This document shows, one piece after another, positions 57,447 to 64,000 of a stretch of DNA of 64,000 bases. A program made the translations under genes and the position numbers. The stretch's first letter is position 1, and every line of letters begins with the position of its first letter. The stretch lies in the NCBI GenBank assembly GCA_964016885.1, contig OZ024740.1, positions 379,254,001-379,318,000 on the forward strand, read 5' to 3'. The notes below the pieces were generated by a model. That model was not told where the DNA came from. It searched no databases and saw only the letters and a program-made list of their open reading frames with translations. Source of the DNA: Eledone cirrhosa (lineage: Eukaryota).

Positions 57447-57668
57447 TGTGTGTATATATATATAAATATATATGTAGATAAATCTACCAAAATATACGGT
57501 AGTGTCCAATCCGTATGAAGAACTCAATGTAATCCAAATATAGAGATATCATGAAAAGAGAAGATGCATTCACAAATATACGATAAAAATCATAGGAAAA
57601 CAGAGTCAAGATAAATTAATAAAAACAATGAAATAAACACAAAGAACAGGTTCCTTATATTAAAAAAT

Positions 57669-57804
57669 TCATCATTTTACGATCGTTTCTGGGATGTATA
57701 TGTTTGTTGGTATGTATATCATATAGATCTATGTAAAAATATTACAAATTATCAGAGGAAATATACATACCTTCACATATACATGCCGTCCTCAGAAATG
57801 ATGA
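57669..57804 (-). ncRNA. Type I hammerhead with ~100-nt extended stem II
   Basis: tcatcattt-CTGAGGA-[ggcatgtatatgt..ggtatgtatat...atatacatacc..acatatacatcc]-GAAA-cgatcg-TA-aaatgatga. Confidence 0.7.
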
Positions 57805-57854
57805 GATGTGTTTATTGAAAAAAACAAAGAATTAATATAAACGGTCTGTTTGTG

Positions 57855-57909
<55 letters not shown>

Positions 57910-57934
57910 GTTCCCTCTCATATATATATATATA

Positions 57935-59718
57935 TTAATATTAATAAGAGGAATTCCAACTTTGTCTGATTTACTCGTTTTATTTACAATCCTTTAAAAT
58001 ATATATAATGGTATTATAATGAAATAGTATGATAGAATATTAAATTCTAAGAGTTAATTGAACAAGTACTTTCATGCTTTCGCAATTTTCAGGTTCATGA
58101 TATGTGGTGACAGTCGAGTTTGCAATTTTCAACTGTAATGAGATGGGTAAATTTCCTACCTTTTATACATTTTATACAGAGAAAAGTGGCTCCAGAATGC
58201 AAAGCCCTGTAAACTGTATTTCGACCAATCAGTGTGTAGTTTCACTGAATTACTACAGCTGATTGGTTTAAGCGTCACGGCTGGTTGAGCATGCTAACGA
58301 CCAATAGTCATGTCCAACGTATCAATTGTTTTGCTTTTTTGAAATGATGAAAATAGCATTTTCTATTAATCATCACCATCAACATCACTTTTATTATTAT
58401 TATTATTGTTGTTGTTGTTGTTGTTAGTGGTAGTGGTCATAGTGGTAGTAGAAGTAATACCCCTAGGCGTTATTATTGTTCATTTAGCTTGGGTTTGAAT
58501 TTATCAATAAAATTCTTTTCTTTGATTTTTCTCTTGATTTCACTTGGGCTGTGTAATTTGTAGAATGGGAATATTATAAATATTCCCTGACCACATGTTG
58601 CCAGGTGGCCGCTTAGGGGTATCTGACGGACATTTGGGTACGTGCACGTTCCGATAGTGCATTTCCAGTTTGACCGACATTTAGTTCTTCACAATTCGGG
58701 CATTTAATGCAGTAAATTAGATTTCTGCTTTTGCAGTTCATATTTGCATTTGGGAATATTTTTCCAGTTTTTGTTTTCATATATTGACCGGCGTGTATGG
58801 ATTGACATGTGCCGCATCGATTATCATTGCATTTAGATACAGTGAATGATTGGTCTTTGTTGTTAAGGTCAAACTTTGCTTTTGTTAGCAATTGCTTCAA
58901 ATTTTTTGGCTGTCTTTTACTAAGAGTCAAAGATCGATCTGTGATTAAGCCTTTTAATTCATTACTTTGAGCAATGATCGGTAGGTTTGCTTTGGCAGTG
59001 TTGAAGATATTCTGGTGACATGGGTTGTGTGTCGTTATAAATGGTATGACCAGTTCTTGGTTTCTTCTTCCTTGGGTTGTTCTAAGTTGTTGTATAGGTA
59101 TTTTTATAGCCCGCTGTATGCCATTTTCTATAAGTAGAGATGGGTATTTTTGTTTGAGCAAAAATTTTCTTAGTTCTGTTAGGCGTTGTACCTGGTATTC
59201 GTATCTTCTACAATGGTACAAATTCTTCTGGCTAGGCAGTATGGGATGTTGCGTTTTGTATGAGGTGGATGGCACGACTTAAAATTCAGATATTGATGGG
59301 TGTCTGTGTGTTTATAATATATATCCGTGGTAATGGTGGTGTCGTTTTTGATTATCATTATATCTAGGAATGGTAATTTGGTCCTACTCATCTCTTTTGT
59401 GAATTGGAGAGATGGGTGTAGGTTATTCAGGAGGATATTGAACTCATCCAGAGTATCTAGAGATTCTGTCCAGATGATGAAACAGTCGTCAAGGTATCTC
59501 TTCCAAGATTTTTCACTGTACTTTCTAAAGTCAGTACTATATTTTTCCTCTATTTCTTGGTAGAGTTGTTGTTCTAAGTATCCCATTACAGAGTTCGCGT
59601 AAATGGGAGCAAACTTCGTTCCCATCGCTGTGCCTCTAATTTGGATGTAATTTGGAAAACAACACTTTCTTCTTCTTCTTCAATGGAAAGAATTACATCC
59701 AAATTAGAGGCACAGCGA
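57935..59718 (-). mobile_element. Penelope-like element, Neptune-type, 5'-truncated with short 5' inverted duplication
   Basis: GTAMGTKFAPIYAN, RYLDD, LPFLDI, YYKHTD..QYL..SCHP; linker CNDNRCGTC; NLIYCIKCPNC...VGQTG. Inverted copy 59690-59718 of 59626-59652. pLTR hammerhead at 58059-58097. Confidence 0.88.
58059..58097 (-). ncRNA. Minimal hammerhead (core CTGAAAA, probably mutated) in Neptune pLTR
   Basis: tgaac-CTGAAAA-t.tgc(gaaa)gca.t-GAAA-gtac-TT-gttca. Confidence 0.6.
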
Positions 59719-59839
59719 ATAATAGTAATAATAATAAATTTGAAGACTAAAATCCAAAGAGGGCTCGATAAGGATAAATATATATCAAATATATAACAAC
59801 CGTAGAGCAAATATTTATTAAAATAACAGATTAAAGTTA

Positions 59840-59902
<63 letters not shown>

Positions 59903-60334
59903 AACAACCACTAAGTCTTGGTTTCCTTTACTTTCTTCCCATAGTACACTCAGTAAAATTGTAATGCGGACAAAAAAGTTACACATTATATCCAAGTATT
60001 CTGACTGCTAAAAGTTTCTTATTTTTAGAGTTAGATTCTTTCTTTTTCAAATCTTTTTTTTATTGTTCTTCTTTTTTATATATCTCTCATATATATGTTT
60101 AAAAATGTATCTCACGAAGTAGAACATTATAAGCTTTCTGTAAATAGACTGCAAAATGGTAATTTTATTGACCAACATGACAAAGATGCCATATCATTTT
60201 TAGCGGATATTATTGACAATATCATATATACACTGTTCTTTTTGTAATGACTATTATTTAGCTGCTAGGTTTAGTTGGCATTGGAAATATATATTTTTGT
60301 TTTATTACTTAGATTTTTGACACGACTAGTTCTT

Positions 60335-60417
<83 letters not shown>

Positions 60418-60422
<5 letters not shown>

Positions 60423-60620
60423 GTCATAATCCAGAAGGCTCATTTGACGGTGCTTATCCCGGTTTCATGGCGTGAAGCGACAGAGAATACAAGACCGTCC
60501 CCTGGACAGGACGCCAGTCCATCGCAGGGTTAAACCCCCTAGCTATTGCTGGTACTCGTTTTCAGCTGAGTATACTGGAGCAACATGAAATGAAGTGTTT
60601 AGCTGAAAAAGACAACACGC
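60418..60620 (+). mobile_element. SINE fragment (orientation uncertain)
   Basis: CCCCTGGACAGGACGCCAGTCCATCGCAGGGTTA..GCTGGTACTCGTTTTCAGCTGAGT..ACTGGAGCAAC.TGAAATGAAGTG; related to 22960-23025. Confidence 0.5.
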
Positions 60621-61177
60621 CAAAAAAAAACACACGCACCTGTTGGGTTTTCATTTCAATTTATTATAACTTTCCGGCTGGTTGGTTCAATCACCGGATG
60701 GTTGTTTATATATTGTCAAAGCTCTTTTTTTCACGCATTCTGTGACCTCCTCAGAGACTCATTTCTTATTTTGTGTCTCTCCTTTTTTCTCTCCTACACC
60801 ATGAGGACAACTTTGTACAGTTGCTTATGATATTGGTAACATTTTTAATGTTTAGTCCGAAGAGTCAGCACTTGTCACATCTATGTATTTTGCCTGCATT
60901 CCTATCTCTTTTATGAATCAAGTATTTTGTAGTTATTTCCTGTTCTTGAATTGCAAAATCATATCCTTCAAAGTGAGAGCCAATGAGTGTGTGTATACAT
61001 GCATTTATGTATGTTTGTATGTATGTTTGTATGTATGTTTGTGTGTATGCATGTATGTATATGTGTATGCATGTATTTGTGTATGTATGTTTGTATGTAT
61101 ATGTGTATGTATTTATGCGGGTATCCACGTATGTATACATATATATATATATATTTGTGTGTATATATGTTTTATAT

Positions 61178-61276
<99 letters not shown>

Positions 61277-61303
61277 CATATATATTATATATGTATATGT
61301 TCA

Positions 61304-61336
<33 letters not shown>

Positions 61337-62268
61337 ATATGCATGTGTTCCTGTATGTGTGTGTGTGCGTGTGTGTATGTTTGTGTAGTGTGTATACAGG
61401 GAGAGAAAGTCAGGCAGACGATACAACAGAAAGTCATCGAAAGAAGTTAATACATATGAAGAAATAAATATGAGGAAAATAATTAAAATAATCTTGTTAT
61501 ACCGAAATGGCTGTTGAGAGGCATCATGTCTTCTGTTTTACAGATTTTGTTATTCTTATATTTTATTTCTGTTTTGAACTATGTATTGCATCACGTTCAT
61601 TGCATATGCAAATTGAATTACCTATTTCATTTTAAATATAATTCCTTAGCTGCTAATAATTCATATACTAGATGTGATCTGATCTGATCAAAAAGCCTTA
61701 AAACATCCAATTATTGTATATAATTTAATATGCCAACATGATCTTTACAGCGTATTTTCGTTTGCAACTGTTTCTGTTTGTTTTCAATGTAAAATGAATA
61801 TTTCTATATATGTTTAGTTGGTGTTTAATATTTTAGGATATATCTGAAAGCGATTGCAAAATAGATTGAGGCCTTGAGGTGCTAATTAATATTATTCTGA
61901 AGATTTTCATTATTCAATAAATCATCCAAATCAGCCTTATATCTAATAAATCATTTTCCTAGATGTTGTCAATGAAGACTGGCCATCTAACAGAACTCCT
62001 ACAGACCCACTAAGGTTGAGGGACAGCAATGAATTCCTAATTTTTTTCATGCGATGTCTTGAAAGTTAGTAATGCTAAATATAGATACAAATTCAATGCT
62101 AAATCTGAGAACGTTACTTCTCAGTGAGGAATACGTAAGTGAATTTCCCTAGCATATGAGATAACCTGTTTAGTTTTATTTCAGTGTATTATTAATTACA
62201 TCTGATGTTCAGAGAGGGGTTACATTTCATAGAATATTCGGTTTCAACACACACACACAAACACACAC

Positions 62269-62344
<76 letters not shown>

Positions 62345-64000
62345 AAAAAATCAACAGAAATAACAAAGCAAACGATTGACCACCTGGCTGCAAGGTATTA
62401 GCTCCCCAGGAATATAAAACGAGGCATGATAGAATAGGTCAATACTTAAACTGATTAATGAGTAGGTTTTATGGTCTGAAAACGGAGGGAAAATGGTACA
62501 ACTATCACTCAGACATACTAAATGCATGGCAATAGATTGAATATTTGACGTGATAGTGTTACAGTTTGGTAAAATTGTTTTACCTAATAGTATAATCAAC
62601 CAGGCCGTGAGTGCACTGTGAAATATTTTGATATTGTAAAACAGACAAAAATCTACAATAATATTAATATGTAACACACTTTTAAGCTTTAATAACATAT
62701 GTTGGTGAAATAACACAGACATCATCTATTATCGCGTTAAAAGTTTTTCTCACAAGTATGTCTTCTACGTGATACTAATCAGTTTTTATGTTATGACAGC
62801 TTATATATAAAGGTGTCTCGAAGATAATGTCTAAAATGGCCTTCATATTAATTGTGTATACAATGAATTAAGGTAGTTTTTGATAGCTTTGAATTAAACG
62901 TCTAACATCTGTGCCTGAAGCTTGCTGCACTATAACATTTACATTTATTGTTTATTAGATGTCTCGCTTAGATTGCAATGAAATGCAATAACTCTGTATC
63001 TGACATCATTGTCTCGACTGGACGTTATCATAAAAATGTGTTAGATTTGTATATGAAATAAAACAATTCATGCAAGAGAATATCATTGCATTAGCACCTT
63101 GCCTGTATCTAGTTATTCAATTAGGTATGTTAATAACATAATGTATATTCAGAAAATAAACGTTTTGTAATTTGTCTTAAGCAGCAGGATATTATATACA
63201 ATGCAATTACTTTAACCCCTTTGATACCCAGCTGCCTGAAACCACCTTTGTTTCAAAATGTTTATAACTATGTGAAATCTGTCCATCAAACTTTTATGTA
63301 TGAACCTTTGTTGAGTTATATTCCAATCACTAAATGAAAAATGAGAAGGTTATAATTATATTACAATATCCCACCAATATGTTAATTATTTTCGAAATTA
63401 TTTGAAAATCATAAGCAGCGCCTTTCATAAGAATTATGATAAAGAAAGGGTTATACTTTTAAACAAATTCAATGACTAATGATTGTTGTCAAACAGGACA
63501 ATATTTAACAATAGTTTTTCGGTGGTAGATGAGATTTTCTCTTATATGCCTCTTTTGCTTTGTCAGAGATTTTGTTTGATATTCATACAGAAAATAAAAT
63601 GTGTCTTGTCAAATAATTCAACACAATGCCTGCAACATAACATTAGAAATTAAAGCTCTTCCACCCAAATATTTCACGCCTATGTATGTGTTACTACCGT
63701 CTATTTTTCTTTAACCTTCTAATACAGAAGCATCCTCCATACGCAACATATACATGACAAGCCGAAATTGTACTTCTAATTTCTCGAATAGCGTTCCAAA
63801 AAACATTCTCCAATGAGAATCTAATCTCCTTCAGCGACATAAAATTGTAGTTATTTTAACCGAATGAAACTGTCTTATAGTCTCCGTTGGTACTCAATTA
63901 AATCCTTCAGAATTACTACGAATTCTAGGTTTCACAGTATTTAATGATAATTTACAGTAACGTGGCTTATAAAATTGCTAACACAACATTCCAAAGTTTA

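Overview
Repeat-saturated eukaryotic DNA, most likely cephalopod (Octopus-type SINEs, very dense (TA)n/(CA)n/(TACA)n microsatellites; the taxon is inferred). It is probably intronic or intergenic, with only one convincing host exon (25276-25424). Almost all real coding potential is retrotransposon-derived: three Naiad-type and one Neptune-type Penelope-like elements (PLEs), a tandem pair of R4/Dong RLE-LINEs in (TAA)n, a 5'-inverted RTE, a CR1-group LINE, a pogo-like remnant and a gag/CCHC ORF1 element. The main hidden signal is ribozyme-based. A 3.2-kb array (43020-46243) holds ten apparently identical 310-bp non-coding units, each with a complete type I hammerhead ribozyme, arranged as 4 copies on the minus strand and 6 on the plus strand around a fold-back junction (retrozyme-like). 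About 15 more complete or degenerate hammerheads from several PLE pseudo-LTR families are scattered through the window, mostly in (TA)n tracts and often as fold-backs. A hammerhead-led leader is joined, exactly at a splice donor seen in related copies, to the gag-like ORF. Most ORF-track entries are microsatellite artefacts. All structures were read by eye; nothing was computed.
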